From contig JBKQUP010000009.1 in assembly GCA_052325545.1 (NCBI GenBank), positions 13,486 through 77,485 on the forward strand: a stretch of 64,000 nt of DNA. The letters are read 5' to 3'. The notes beneath the pieces are model-generated. The model saw only the letters and a list, made by a program, of their open reading frames with translations. It ran no database searches and was not told the origin of the DNA. The stretch is from Thermoplasmata archaeon (GTDB lineage Archaea; Thermoplasmatota; Thermoplasmata; Lutacidiplasmatales; UBA184). Below are positions 23,881 through 33,210 of this stretch, in pieces. Positions within the stretch are counted from its first letter, which is position 1, and every line of letters begins with the position of its first letter. A program made the translations under genes and the position numbers.

Positions 23881-26448
23881 ATGGATGCAGCCGAGTACGA
23901 CCTGCCCTTCTTCCACAAGGGTGGATTTCACCGGCGTACCTGCGTCGTCTGCGGGCACGCCTTCTGGACCCTCGGCGAGTTCGACCGCTGTCAGGAGGCA
24001 CCGTGCCGCGACTACGGGTTCGTCGGCCACCCGATCCTCGGGCGACCCTACGACCTTCGCACGATGCGGGAGACGTTCCTCTCGTTCTTCGAGCGACGGG
24101 GCCACACCCGGATCCGACGGTATCCCGTGGTCGCCCGGTGGCGGAACGACGTCTTCTTCACACAAGCGTCGATCTACGACTTCCAGCCCTGGGTGACGAA
24201 CGGGACGATCCCGCCCCCCGCGAACCCGCTCGTGATCAGCCAGCCGGTCCTGCGGTTCATCGACCTCGAGGAGGTGGGCCGGAGCGGGCGGCATTTCACG
24301 CTCTTCGAGATGATGGCGCACCACGCGTTCAACCGGCCGGACCACGAGGTCTACTTCAAGGAACGGTGCGTCGAGCTCTGCGACGAGCTCTTGACGAGCG
24401 ACCTCGGGGTCGACCCGAAATCGATCACCTACAAGGAAGAGGTCTGGGAGGGCGGAGGGAACGTCGGCCCGTCGCTCAGCGTGAGCGTTTCGGGCCTCGA
24501 GCTGGCGACGCTGGTCTTCATGATGTATGTCCGCGACGGCGAGCGACTGAAGCCGATGCCGCTCCAAGTCGTGGACACCGGCTACGGCCTCGAGCGGTTC
24601 GTCTGGGCGAGCCAGGGGACGAAGAGCGCCTACGAGGCGGTCTTCGGCCAAGAGTACGACGAGTTCCGGCGCACCTTCCCTCCGCGAGAGACCGCGCTCC
24701 TGATCGACCACGCGCGCGCCCTCAACTTCCTCCTCACGGACGGCGTCGTGCCGTCGAACAGCAAGGAAGGGTACTTCGCTCGCCTCCTGCTCCGACGGTC
24801 GCTGCGGATCCTCCAGAAAGCGCCCGAGGCCCCGGATATCCTCTCCGTCCTCGACCGCGTCGGCCGCGAGATCGCCCGCGATTTCCCCGAGGTCGGGGCG
24901 CACCGGGACGACATGCACAAGGTGGTCCTGGCCGAGGTCGAGCGGTACGAGGACGCTATCGGCCGCGCGCGACAGACGATCCGTAGGTACGAGGAACGGG
25001 TCCTCTCGACCGGCGGACGCGTCGGCGAGGAGACCCTCATCGAGTGGTACGACTCGCTCGGCGTTCCGCCCGACCTCGCGGTAGAGGAGCTCTCCCAACC
25101 CCCGGCGATCCCGGAGGATTTCTACTCCCGCGTGGCCGAACGCCACGAGAACGAGGGGCCGACGACGGAGTACGCGGACGCGACCGACGGGCTTCCCGAG
25201 CTTCCCGCGGGGACGCCGCCCACCGAGGTCCTCTACTATCTCGACCCGTACACGGTCAGCTTCGAGGCGCACGTCGTGTGGTCCGAGGGCCCGTTCGTCG
25301 CGCTCGACCGTACGTACTTCTACCCCACCGGGGGCGGCCAAGTGACGGACAAAGGGTTCCTCGGAGACCTCGAGGTCGTCGAGGTCGCGCGTCGCGGGCC
25401 GTGGGTCCTGCACCGGCTCGAGCGCTCATCGCCGTTCTCGGTCGGGGAGCGCGTCCGGGCGAAGGTGGACCAGGCGCGCCGCACCCAGCTGATGCAGCAC
25501 CACACCGCCACGCACCTTCTGAACGGCGCGTTGCGCGAGGTCCTCGGCCCCCACGTCTGGCAGGCCGGAGCGTACAAGGGGACCGAAGCCGCTCGGATCG
25601 ACGTCACCCACTACCGGGCCCTCTCGAAGGAGGAGCTCCACAAGGTTGAGCGGCGGGTCAACGCGGTCGTCCGCGAGGACCGACCGGTGAAGAGCTACTT
25701 CGAGACCCGCGGCGAGGCGGAGCGCCGGTTCGGCTTCACGCTCTACCAGGGCGGCGCCGTCCCCGGCCGCGACCTCCGGATCGTGGAGGTCGAAGGGTTC
25801 GACGTGGAGGCCTGCGGGGGAACCCATTGCACGCACACGAGCGAGGTCGGGGCGATCGCGATCACCGACGTCGAGCGGATCCAGGACGGGATCGTCCGCC
25901 TCACGTATGTGAGCGGGGACCGGGCGCTCGACGTCCGTGACGAGCACGAAGCGATCCTGCACGAGGCCGCCCACCGGCTCGGGGTGCCGGTCACCCAGCT
26001 CCCCGACGGCATCGACCGGCTCCTCACCGAGGTCGAGGATTCCCGCAAGAACGCCAAGGAACGGAAGAAAGGGGACCTCGGAGCGACCGCGACCAGTCTC
26101 CTCGCCGACCCCGCCCGGAACGAGGTCGTGGGGGGAACGGTGATTGTCAGCGGAGTCGTCAACCTCGACCGCAATGAGATGATGGAGCTCTCCCGACTCC
26201 TGACCAAGGACGGACGACGGGTCGCGCTCCTCGCGAGCGAGCGGGACGGACGCGGGCTCCTCTTCGTGGGCTCGACCGAACCGAAGGTCTCGGCCCTGGC
26301 GACGCTCGACGCGGCGAAGGCCGATTTCGCCGGCAAAGGCGGAGGGAATCCTTCGGCGGCGACCGCGGTGGGAGAGCCGGGCACCCCGCTCACGAACGCG
26401 CTCGAAGCGAGCCGAAAAGCCGCGCGTCGGGCGGCGGGCGAGGAATAA
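23881..26448 (+). CDS. alaS: alanine--tRNA ligase (archaeal type)
   Basis: FTQASIYDFQP, VDTGYGLER, QHHTATH, CGGTH, GKGGG; TTTAAA ~28 nt before ATG 23881. Confidence 0.97.
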   Translation: MDAAEYDLPFFHKGGFHRRTCVVCGHAFWTLGEFDRCQEAPCRDYGFVGHPILGRPYDLRTMRETFLSFFERRGHTRIRRYPVVARWRNDVFFTQASIYDFQPWVTNGTIPPPANPLVISQPVLRFIDLEEVGRSGRHFTLFEMMAHHAFNRPDHEVYFKERCVELCDELLTSDLGVDPKSITYKEEVWEGGGNVGPSLSVSVSGLELATLVFMMYVRDGERLKPMPLQVVDTGYGLERFVWASQGTKSAYEAVFGQEYDEFRRTFPPRETALLIDHARALNFLLTDGVVPSNSKEGYFARLLLRRSLRILQKAPEAPDILSVLDRVGREIARDFPEVGAHRDDMHKVVLAEVERYEDAIGRARQTIRRYEERVLSTGGRVGEETLIEWYDSLGVPPDLAVEELSQPPAIPEDFYSRVAERHENEGPTTEYADATDGLPELPAGTPPTEVLYYLDPYTVSFEAHVVWSEGPFVALDRTYFYPTGGGQVTDKGFLGDLEVVEVARRGPWVLHRLERSSPFSVGERVRAKVDQARRTQLMQHHTATHLLNGALREVLGPHVWQAGAYKGTEAARIDVTHYRALSKEELHKVERRVNAVVREDRPVKSYFETRGEAERRFGFTLYQGGAVPGRDLRIVEVEGFDVEACGGTHCTHTSEVGAIAITDVERIQDGIVRLTYVSGDRALDVRDEHEAILHEAAHRLGVPVTQLPDGIDRLLTEVEDSRKNAKERKKGDLGATATSLLADPARNEVVGGTVIVSGVVNLDRNEMMELSRLLTKDGRRVALLASERDGRGLLFVGSTEPKVSALATLDAAKADFAGKGGGNPSAATAVGEPGTPLTNALEASRKAARRAAGEE

Positions 26449-26568
26449 TCGTTCTCCTCTTCTCGGTACGAAAGCTTTACTTTAGGATAGCACCCATGAT
26501 GGCACGGGATACGGAATGGCTCGTGGGACTTCAGGGCCCTCGTTCCTTCCGTAGATAGAGAACCTAAC

Positions 26569-28113
26569 ATGACCGCGAGCGAGGGAAGTACCGTCGGCGG
26601 GGTGCCGGCTGAGGTGATCACCTTCCTGAGCGGGAAGGGAGGGCGGTCGCTCATCATCAAGGGCGGCGCGGGAACGGGGAAGACGACCTTCGGGCTCGAG
26701 CTGCTCGAGCGCGTCGGTCAGCCGAACCGGTCGTACTACCTTTCCACGCGTATCGGGGACGAGGCGCTGTTCCGGCAGTTCCCGTGGCTGAGGACCTCGG
26801 AGATGCGGACCCGGGTCCTCGACGCGGCGAAGCTGTTCCTCGATGCGATCCAGGCGTCCAGTCGGTCCCGGGACGTCGAGCTCCCCGAGGTCGAGGCGAA
26901 GAAGGTCCGGGCCGGCCGAGAGGTGCTCGCGAGCTTCGGCCAAGAACGCGGACCTCCGACCCGGGTCGACCGCACGCATCTCACCGCCCTCCTCAAGCGG
27001 AGCCCGATGCCCGAGGTGGAGAACGTCTACCAACGCATCGAGCGAGCCCTCCCGGAGAAGTCGCTGCTCGTCATCGACTCGCTCGAGGGTGTGACCCACA
27101 AGTACGGACTCGAGATGGAAGAGTTCGTCATGGCCCTCCAGAAGGACCTCGTCGAGGCGTCCAGCACCGACGTCGTCATGATCCTCGAAAAGCCCGAGGC
27201 GGGCGGGATCGAGTACCTCGTCGACGGTCTCATCTCCATCCAGCGCGAGGAGCTGGACGAACGACGCGTGCGCCACCTGCGTCTCGAGAAGCTCCGGGCG
27301 ACCAACATCGGGCGGGCCCGCTACGCGGTCACGCTCGACGGAGGGCGCTTCGAGGCCCTCGGGAACACTTCGGCCCCCGCCGCCGTAGCCTCGAACAGTC
27401 CGTGGAAACCGGTCACCGACGCCGAGAAGTACTACTCCACGGGCGTCCCCGATTTCGACCAGCTCCTCGGGGGTGGGTTCCGCCGAGGGAGCTTCAACGC
27501 GTTCGAGGTCGACGTGAACGTCGGCGTCGACGACTACTACATGCTGTTCACCCCCACCTTCCTGAACTTCCTCTCGCAGGGCCGGGGCATCATCGCGGTG
27601 CTCGCCGCGGGCGAGTCCCCCGACAAGCTCCGGGACACGGTGATCCGCCACGTGTCGGCGAACCAGTTCGACACGCGCGTCCGGATCCCCGACTACTCCG
27701 CGAACGAGACCGAGGAACCGTACATCCTCCCCATGGGCCGCTACGGCCGCGAGGAGGCGGCGAAGGCGATGGTGGCCGCGGAGCGGGCGGTCGCCGGACC
27801 GGACCGCAAGCCGTTCCTCGAGTACATGGCGTTCGACACGTTCGAGAGCCTCATGGGCGACCAGGTCGCGATCCGGATGTATTTCCAAGGGGTCTCGCGC
27901 ACCAAGCACGTGGGGAACCTCGGGATCGGTCTGCTGAAGCCGGGGCTCCTCGTGTCGAGCGAGATCCTGAACATGATGGACTCGTACTTCCGGATCATCA
28001 ACATCGACAGCGCGACGTGCATCTACGGGATCCGGCCGCGAACGACCATCTACGCGATCAGCCCGGACCCGGAGAAGGGCGCCCCGCACGCGACGCTCAC
28101 CCCGATCGTATAG
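26569..28113 (+). CDS. KaiC/GvpD-like RecA-superfamily ATPase with two domains
   Basis: GGAGTGKT, VIDSLE, LRLEKLR; second domain starts STGVPDFDQLLGGG but lacks GKT. Confidence 0.85.
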   Translation: MTASEGSTVGGVPAEVITFLSGKGGRSLIIKGGAGTGKTTFGLELLERVGQPNRSYYLSTRIGDEALFRQFPWLRTSEMRTRVLDAAKLFLDAIQASSRSRDVELPEVEAKKVRAGREVLASFGQERGPPTRVDRTHLTALLKRSPMPEVENVYQRIERALPEKSLLVIDSLEGVTHKYGLEMEEFVMALQKDLVEASSTDVVMILEKPEAGGIEYLVDGLISIQREELDERRVRHLRLEKLRATNIGRARYAVTLDGGRFEALGNTSAPAAVASNSPWKPVTDAEKYYSTGVPDFDQLLGGGFRRGSFNAFEVDVNVGVDDYYMLFTPTFLNFLSQGRGIIAVLAAGESPDKLRDTVIRHVSANQFDTRVRIPDYSANETEEPYILPMGRYGREEAAKAMVAAERAVAGPDRKPFLEYMAFDTFESLMGDQVAIRMYFQGVSRTKHVGNLGIGLLKPGLLVSSEILNMMDSYFRIINIDSATCIYGIRPRTTIYAISPDPEKGAPHATLTPIV

Positions 28114-28121
28114 AGCGGGCC

Positions 28122-28775
28122 CTATCGGGGCAACCCGAGCGCCAGGACCCCCACGCCGTAGAGGAAGAGCCCGGGCACGAACGTCATCACGAGGTCGTCG
28201 TCCACCCACGGCCATTTCGGGCGCTCCGCGGCGACCGCGAGCGGCGCCGCGGCCGCCGCGAGCAGGGCCGAGAGGCCGGCGGGCCACCCTCCGATCGCCG
28301 CGAGCCCCACGAACGCGAGGAGCCCGTAGGCCCCGAGGGGGAGCCCGACCGTGAGGACCGGGGACGAGGACTGGCGGCGGAGCTCGCCCGCAACCGGGTC
28401 GACGATCGCCGTCCCGAGCACGACCGCCGCCGCAATGGGGAGCGGGAAGAGGAGGACCGCGAGGACGAGCGCGAGCGAAAAGAAGACGAAGCTCGCGATC
28501 CGATGGGTCTCGTAGGGACGGATCGTCGGGAGCTCGAGCCCGGCCGTGTGCCTCAGGGCTTCCAGGACGAGCATGACCGCGAGGGCCGCGAGGAGGACGT
28601 CCGCCTTCGGCGCGATGACGAAGAAGTCGTCCGGGATGGCGTAGTAGACGAGGACGAGGGCGCCGAGGAGGTGCAGGATCCTTCGCCACGCGCGGTCGCC
28701 GAGCTCCTCGTCGCCCCCGAGCGCGGCGCCGAGCCAACGCCGGAACCGACCATGCCAGTGAAGTCGGAGTTCCAT
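28122..28775 (-). CDS. dolichol/phytol kinase-like membrane protein
   Basis: RRILHLLG, IRPYE, DPVAG, DDDL; multi-TM. Confidence 0.75.
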   Translation of the reverse strand: MELRLHWHGRFRRWLGAALGGDEELGDRAWRRILHLLGALVLVYYAIPDDFFVIAPKADVLLAALAVMLVLEALRHTAGLELPTIRPYETHRIASFVFFSLALVLAVLLFPLPIAAAVVLGTAIVDPVAGELRRQSSSPVLTVGLPLGAYGLLAFVGLAAIGGWPAGLSALLAAAAAPLAVAAERPKWPWVDDDLVMTFVPGLFLYGVGVLALGLPR

Positions 28776-28858
28776 GGCGCGCTCGAGGCCTCCTATGGGT
28801 CGGAAGGCAGAGCCCGCCGGCCGAGAAAGGTTTTCTTGCCGGAGCGCTCGACCGCTAC

Positions 28859-29320
28859 GTGAAGGTCACGGTCCTCGTGGGGTCGAAGTCGGACCTCGAG
28901 GTCGCCGAGAAGGTCCGGGCGCGCCTCGCGGAGTTCTCCGTTCCGTGCGAGGTCCACGTGGCCTCCGCGCACCGCACGCCCGAGAAGGTCGACCGGCTCG
29001 TCCGCGACCCGGCGACCGACGTGTTCATCGCGATGGCCGGCCTTTCGGCCGCGCTTCCCGGCGCGGTCGCGGCCCGGACATTGAAGCCGGTGATCGGCGT
29101 CCCGCTCCATCGGGGCCTCGGCCTCGACAGCCTCCTCTCCGTCGTCCAGATGCCCCCCGGAATTCCGGTGGCGGCGGTCGGGCTCGACGCCGCGGAGAAC
29201 GCGGCGCTCCTCGCGACCGCGATCCTCGCCCTCAAGTATCCGGAGCTCACGGCCCAGCTCGAGAAGTACCGGGCGAAGTGGCACGAGGAACCGTCGGCGT
29301 CCTCGGGGAGCTCGGGATGA
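28859..29320 (+). CDS. purE: AIR carboxylase / N5-CAIR mutase
   Basis: GSKSD, ASAHRTP, AGLSAALPG, VQMPPGIPVA. Confidence 0.95.
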   Translation: MKVTVLVGSKSDLEVAEKVRARLAEFSVPCEVHVASAHRTPEKVDRLVRDPATDVFIAMAGLSAALPGAVAARTLKPVIGVPLHRGLGLDSLLSVVQMPPGIPVAAVGLDAAENAALLATAILALKYPELTAQLEKYRAKWHEEPSASSGSSG

Positions 29321-30264
29321 ACGACCCGGCCGCGTTCGTCGAGGAAGCCGTCCGCCGCCTTCGCGCCGATGTGGCCGAGCGGACGATCGTGGCCGCTTCG
29401 GGCGGGATCGATTCGACCGTCGCCGCGCTCCTCGCCCACCGGGCGCTGGGGGACCGGGCGAAGGCGATCTTCGTCGACACGGGCATGCTGCGCGCGGGCG
29501 AGGTGGAGCAGGTGGGTCGGTTCTTCGCTGCGAGCCACCTTCCCTACGAGCTCGTGCCCGCGGCCGACCTCTTCTTCGAGGCGCTCGCGGGCGTGGCCGA
29601 CCCCGAAGAGAAGCGACGTCGGATCGGGGCGGCGTTCGTCCGGGTCTTCGAGACGGAGGCCGACAAGTTCCATTGCGACCGGCTCATCCAGGGGACGATC
29701 GCGCCGGACTGGATCGAGAGCGGAGGGGCCCTCCGGGACACGATCAAGACCCATCACAACGTCGGCGGGATCCCGAAGGACATGCGGCTCACGCTGGTCG
29801 AGCCGCTTCGGGACCTCTACAAGGACGAGGTGCGGGCCGTCGCGCGCCATCTGAATATCCCGGAGTCCGAACGCCAGCCGTTCCCCGGTCCCGGTCTCGC
29901 CGTCCGGGTGAACGGACCGATCACCCGGGAGCGGGTCGAGCGCGTGCGGGTCGCGAACGCGATCGTCGAGGAGGAGGTCCAGCGCGCGGTCGAGGCGAAG
30001 GAGATCGCCCGGCCGTGGCAGTATTTCGCGGTGCTCCTTCCGGTCCGAACGGTCGGCGTCACGGGCGACAACCGGGTGCACGGTGAGGCCGTGGTCGTCC
30101 GGGTCGTGGAATCGGTCGACGCGATGACGGCGACCGCGATGGCCCTCCCGCGCCCGGTGCTCTCTCGGATGTCCGAGCGGATCACCCGGGCGCTGGCGGG
30201 CGCCGTGGTCCGAGTCCTCTACGACGTCACCGACAAGCCGCCCGCGACCATCGAGTGGGAATAG
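29317..30264 (+). CDS. guaAB: GMP synthase, ATP pyrophosphatase subunit B
   Basis: SGGIDST, DPEEKR, IKTHHNVGG, DKPPATIEWE; ATGA overlap with purE. Confidence 0.95.
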   Translation: MNDPAAFVEEAVRRLRADVAERTIVAASGGIDSTVAALLAHRALGDRAKAIFVDTGMLRAGEVEQVGRFFAASHLPYELVPAADLFFEALAGVADPEEKRRRIGAAFVRVFETEADKFHCDRLIQGTIAPDWIESGGALRDTIKTHHNVGGIPKDMRLTLVEPLRDLYKDEVRAVARHLNIPESERQPFPGPGLAVRVNGPITRERVERVRVANAIVEEEVQRAVEAKEIARPWQYFAVLLPVRTVGVTGDNRVHGEAVVVRVVESVDAMTATAMALPRPVLSRMSERITRALAGAVVRVLYDVTDKPPATIEWE

Positions 30265-30325
30265 CGGCCGCCCGCCCCGAAGGGAATATCTATCGCACCC
30301 ATGCTCGCGCTCCGAGGATGAGCTC

Positions 30326-30553
30326 GTGACCGAGAAGTCCCCCCCGTCCGAACCGACGCGCTCGGTACAATTACCGGCGGAGCTCGTGGCGGCGCTCGAG
30401 GAGCGGTTCCGCGGCACCTCGTTCGAATCCGTGGACGCGTTCATCGCCTTCGTTCTCGCTCGCCTTCTCGACAAGCCCGGGACGACCGGGTTCAGCGAGG
30501 AGGAGGAGCGGGGACTGAAGGAACGCCTGCGCTCCCTCGGGTACATCGACTGA
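30326..30553 (+). CDS. small CopG/ribbon-helix-helix-like protein with ERLRSLGY tail
   Basis: SVQLPAELVAALEER..FESVDAFIAFVL; C-terminus EEEERGLKERLRSLGYID. Confidence 0.75.
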   Translation: MTEKSPPSEPTRSVQLPAELVAALEERFRGTSFESVDAFIAFVLARLLDKPGTTGFSEEEERGLKERLRSLGYID

Positions 30554-30562
30554 GCGGCGACC

Positions 30563-30862
30563 ATGGACCCCCCGACCGGTGCAACGAGCGCGCTCGTGTG
30601 TCCGTTCTGCGGAGCCCCGGAGACCGACCGCTTCACGCTCGAGGGCCACCGGTTCCTCGTGTTCCGGTGCCTGTTCTCCCCCCAGGTCGAGGAGGGGCTC
30701 ACGGACGACGAGGTCGGCGAGCGGCTGCGCGCGTTCGCCGCCGAGCAACCGACCTACTTCCGCGGGACCTGCGACCGCCTCCACCTCTACGTGACGAAGG
30801 GGGAGGGGGCGCGCCGGTTGGGAGCGGAACCGGCCCCCGATACACCCTCGAAGGACCCGTAG
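30563..30862 (+). CDS. hypothetical Cys-rich (metal-binding) protein
   Basis: CPFCG...FRCLF...TCDRLH. Confidence 0.65.
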   Translation: MDPPTGATSALVCPFCGAPETDRFTLEGHRFLVFRCLFSPQVEEGLTDDEVGERLRAFAAEQPTYFRGTCDRLHLYVTKGEGARRLGAEPAPDTPSKDP

Positions 30863-30948
30863 CCCCTACCGTCCCGGGAGCCCGCAGTCACGCCCCCGGG
30901 CGGTCCCCCGCGAACCACGGACACGACCGAGCGGTGCGGCGGTCCGCG

Positions 30949-31395
30949 TCACTCGTCGGCCGGGACCTCGGCGTCGACCTCGATCTCGACCTTCATGGCC
31001 GGGTCGATGAGCGCGGCCACCTGGACGAGCGAGTTCGCGGGTCGGATCTCGCCGAACCGCTCCCCGAGGGCGCGGGCGATCGCCTCGAAGTCGCCCATGT
31101 CGGTTACGTAGACCCGCACGCGGACGATGTCCTCCCGCCGGCTCCCGAGGGCGGTCAGCGCGCGCTCGACGTTGTCGAGGGTCTGGACCGTCTGGGCGTA
31201 GGCGTCCCCGCGGCCCACGACCGACCCGTCCGGCGCGGTCGCGGTCGTGCCCGAGACGTAGATGTGCGAGCCGACCCTCAGCGCGCGGCTGTACCCGACC
31301 TTGGGTTCCCACGGCGTTCCGCTCGCGTAGCGGGTCCGGTCGGTCCCGGCCCCGTCACGCGGGAGCGGACGCGTTGACCTTCGCGAGGGCGCCAT
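30949..31395 (-). CDS. RidA/YjgF family protein
   Basis: WEPKVGYSRA, VSGTT, RPANSLV, VEIEVDA; start uncertain. Confidence 0.88.
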   Translation of the reverse strand: MAPSRRSTRPLPRDGAGTDRTRYASGTPWEPKVGYSRALRVGSHIYVSGTTATAPDGSVVGRGDAYAQTVQTLDNVERALTALGSRREDIVRVRVYVTDMGDFEAIARALGERFGEIRPANSLVQVAALIDPAMKVEIEVDAEVPADE

Positions 31396-32239
31396 CGGTG
31401 TGCACCAGGTGACGGTGGAGGCCGATCTCCTCAGGGGATGCCCCGAGCGCGAGCGCGACGACCTGCGGCAGGTGGAAGATCGGCATGTCGAGCGGGGTGC
31501 GGACCTCCTTCGCCGCCTTATTCTGGTAGGCATCGAGCGAGAGGTGGCAGAGCGGGCACGGCGTCGCCATCGCATCGGCCCCGTGCGCCTTCGCGTCGAG
31601 GATCTGGCGGCCGGCGATCGCGCTCGCGGTGGACGGCTTGACGAACTGGATCGGGAAGCCGCAGCACATCACCCGGCCTCGGTAGTCGACCGGGGTCGCG
31701 CCGATGGCCGCGAGGAGGTCCTCGAACGAGCGGGGCTCCTCGGCGCTCTCGCTCTGCATCTCGTCCGCGGGGCGGAGGAGGTGGCAGCCGTAGAACGCCC
31801 CGACCTTCATCCCGTGGAGCGGCCGGCGCACCTTCGCCTTCACGGCGGGGAGGCCGATGTCCTCGGTGAGGACCTTCAGGAGGTGCTTCACCTGCACCGT
31901 TCCCTTGTACTCGATCCCGATCGGTTTCAGCGCCGCGTCGACCCGGGTCCTCACCTTCGGGTCCTGCATGCGGACCTTGGCGAGGTTGAGCATCCCCTGG
32001 CACGTCGAGCAGATGGTGAGCACATCGAGGCCCGCCTTCTCGGCGATCGCGAGGTTGCGCGCGTTGATGGCGATGTTCAGGACCTCGTTCGCCTCGTCGA
32101 TGAACCCGGAACCGCAGCACGAGAAGTTCGGGAACTCGACGAGCTCGATACCGAGCGCCCGGCAGACCCACCGGGTCGCCATGTCGAGCTCCTTCGCCGA
32201 CTCCTGCGCGACGCAGCCGGGGTAGTACGCGATCTTCAT
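31355..32239 (-). CDS. CCG-domain (HdrB-like) subunit of succinate dehydrogenase/fumarate reductase, type E
   Basis: YYPGC, SCCGSG, CSTC, FYGCHLLRP, MCCGF, CPLC; ATGA overlap with sdhB. Confidence 0.9.
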   Translation of the reverse strand: MKIAYYPGCVAQESAKELDMATRWVCRALGIELVEFPNFSCCGSGFIDEANEVLNIAINARNLAIAEKAGLDVLTICSTCQGMLNLAKVRMQDPKVRTRVDAALKPIGIEYKGTVQVKHLLKVLTEDIGLPAVKAKVRRPLHGMKVGAFYGCHLLRPADEMQSESAEEPRSFEDLLAAIGATPVDYRGRVMCCGFPIQFVKPSTASAIAGRQILDAKAHGADAMATPCPLCHLSLDAYQNKAAKEVRTPLDMPIFHLPQVVALALGASPEEIGLHRHLVHTDGALAKVNASAPA

Positions 32240-33210
32240 GGTTCCTCCTTCGGGGGCGGGTCCAGAGCCGCGTAGATCTTCTCGATCTCGTCCATCCCTT
32301 CGATCTTGCGCGGTTTCTTCATGATCTCGGGCTTCTTCCGATAGATCCGGATCCCCTGGCCGAGCTGCCCGAGCATCCCGCCGAGCCCGTAGGTCGCCCG
32401 GACGAGCTTCATCTCGTTCAGCTGGCCGGCCCCCTTCAGGTTCTCCTTGAACCCGACGGCGTGCTTGGAGCCCATCTCGTTGGCGCCCTGCACCGAGATC
32501 GCCATCTCCTTCAGGTCCCGGATCCGCTCGGACGGTCGGACGTCCTTCGGGCACGCCTCGGTGCACAGGTGACAGCGCAAGCAGAGCCAGAGGCCGTTCG
32601 GCTGGATCCGACGGAGCCGCTCCTCATGCGCCGTGTCGCGCGGGTCGACCGCGAACCGGTAGAGCTTCGCGAGCGCCATCGGACCGGGGAACCCGGGGTC
32701 CGCCTCGGCGGCCGGGCACGCGGAGTAGCAGGCCGCGCACGCGATGCACCGCGGGACCTCCTTGAACCGGTCCACCTGGGCCGGGGTCATCGAGGTCGCC
32801 TTGCCCTCGGGCATCGGGCGGCGGGGGTCGAGCTTCAGGTGAGGCTCGATCTTGTTGTACTCTCCCCAGAACCGGCTCTGGTCGACGATGAGGTCCCGGA
32901 TCACGGGCTGGTTGCGCATCGGTTCCACCACGATCCGTCCGTGACGGGCGACCTCGGGTCCGACCTGCGTCTCGCACGCGAGCCGGCTCTTCGAGTTGAT
33001 CTGCATCGCGCACGACCCGCAGATCGCGCTCCGGCACGAGTAGCGGAGCCCGAGGCTCGGGTCGACCTCGGACCGGATCTGCAAGAGCGCGGTCAGGATC
33101 GGAGTGTGGGGAACGAGGTCGAGCGTGTACTTTTGGTAGCGAGCGGTCGTATCCTTACCGGGTTGATACCGGTAGACCTCGAACGGTACGGAGACCTTCT
33201 CTTCGGACAT
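32236..33210 (-). CDS. sdhB: succinate dehydrogenase/fumarate reductase Fe-S subunit
   Basis: SCRSAICGSC..LAC, CIACAACYSACP, CLRCHLCTEACP. Confidence 0.94.
   Translation of the reverse strand: MSEEKVSVPFEVYRYQPGKDTTARYQKYTLDLVPHTPILTALLQIRSEVDPSLGLRYSCRSAICGSCAMQINSKSRLACETQVGPEVARHGRIVVEPMRNQPVIRDLIVDQSRFWGEYNKIEPHLKLDPRRPMPEGKATSMTPAQVDRFKEVPRCIACAACYSACPAAEADPGFPGPMALAKLYRFAVDPRDTAHEERLRRIQPNGLWLCLRCHLCTEACPKDVRPSERIRDLKEMAISVQGANEMGSKHAVGFKENLKGAGQLNEMKLVRATYGLGGMLGQLGQGIRIYRKKPEIMKKPRKIEGMDEIEKIYAALDPPPKEEP

Noticed and set aside
26569..28113. Gas vesicle or circadian clock system
   Set aside because: No gvpA or kaiA/kaiB in the window; only the ATPase fold is supported.
31340..31400. 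Frameshift at the RidA start (the GTGA overlap is one base out of frame)
   Set aside because: An in-frame ATG at 31395 explains the gene without a frameshift; cannot be resolved without reads.
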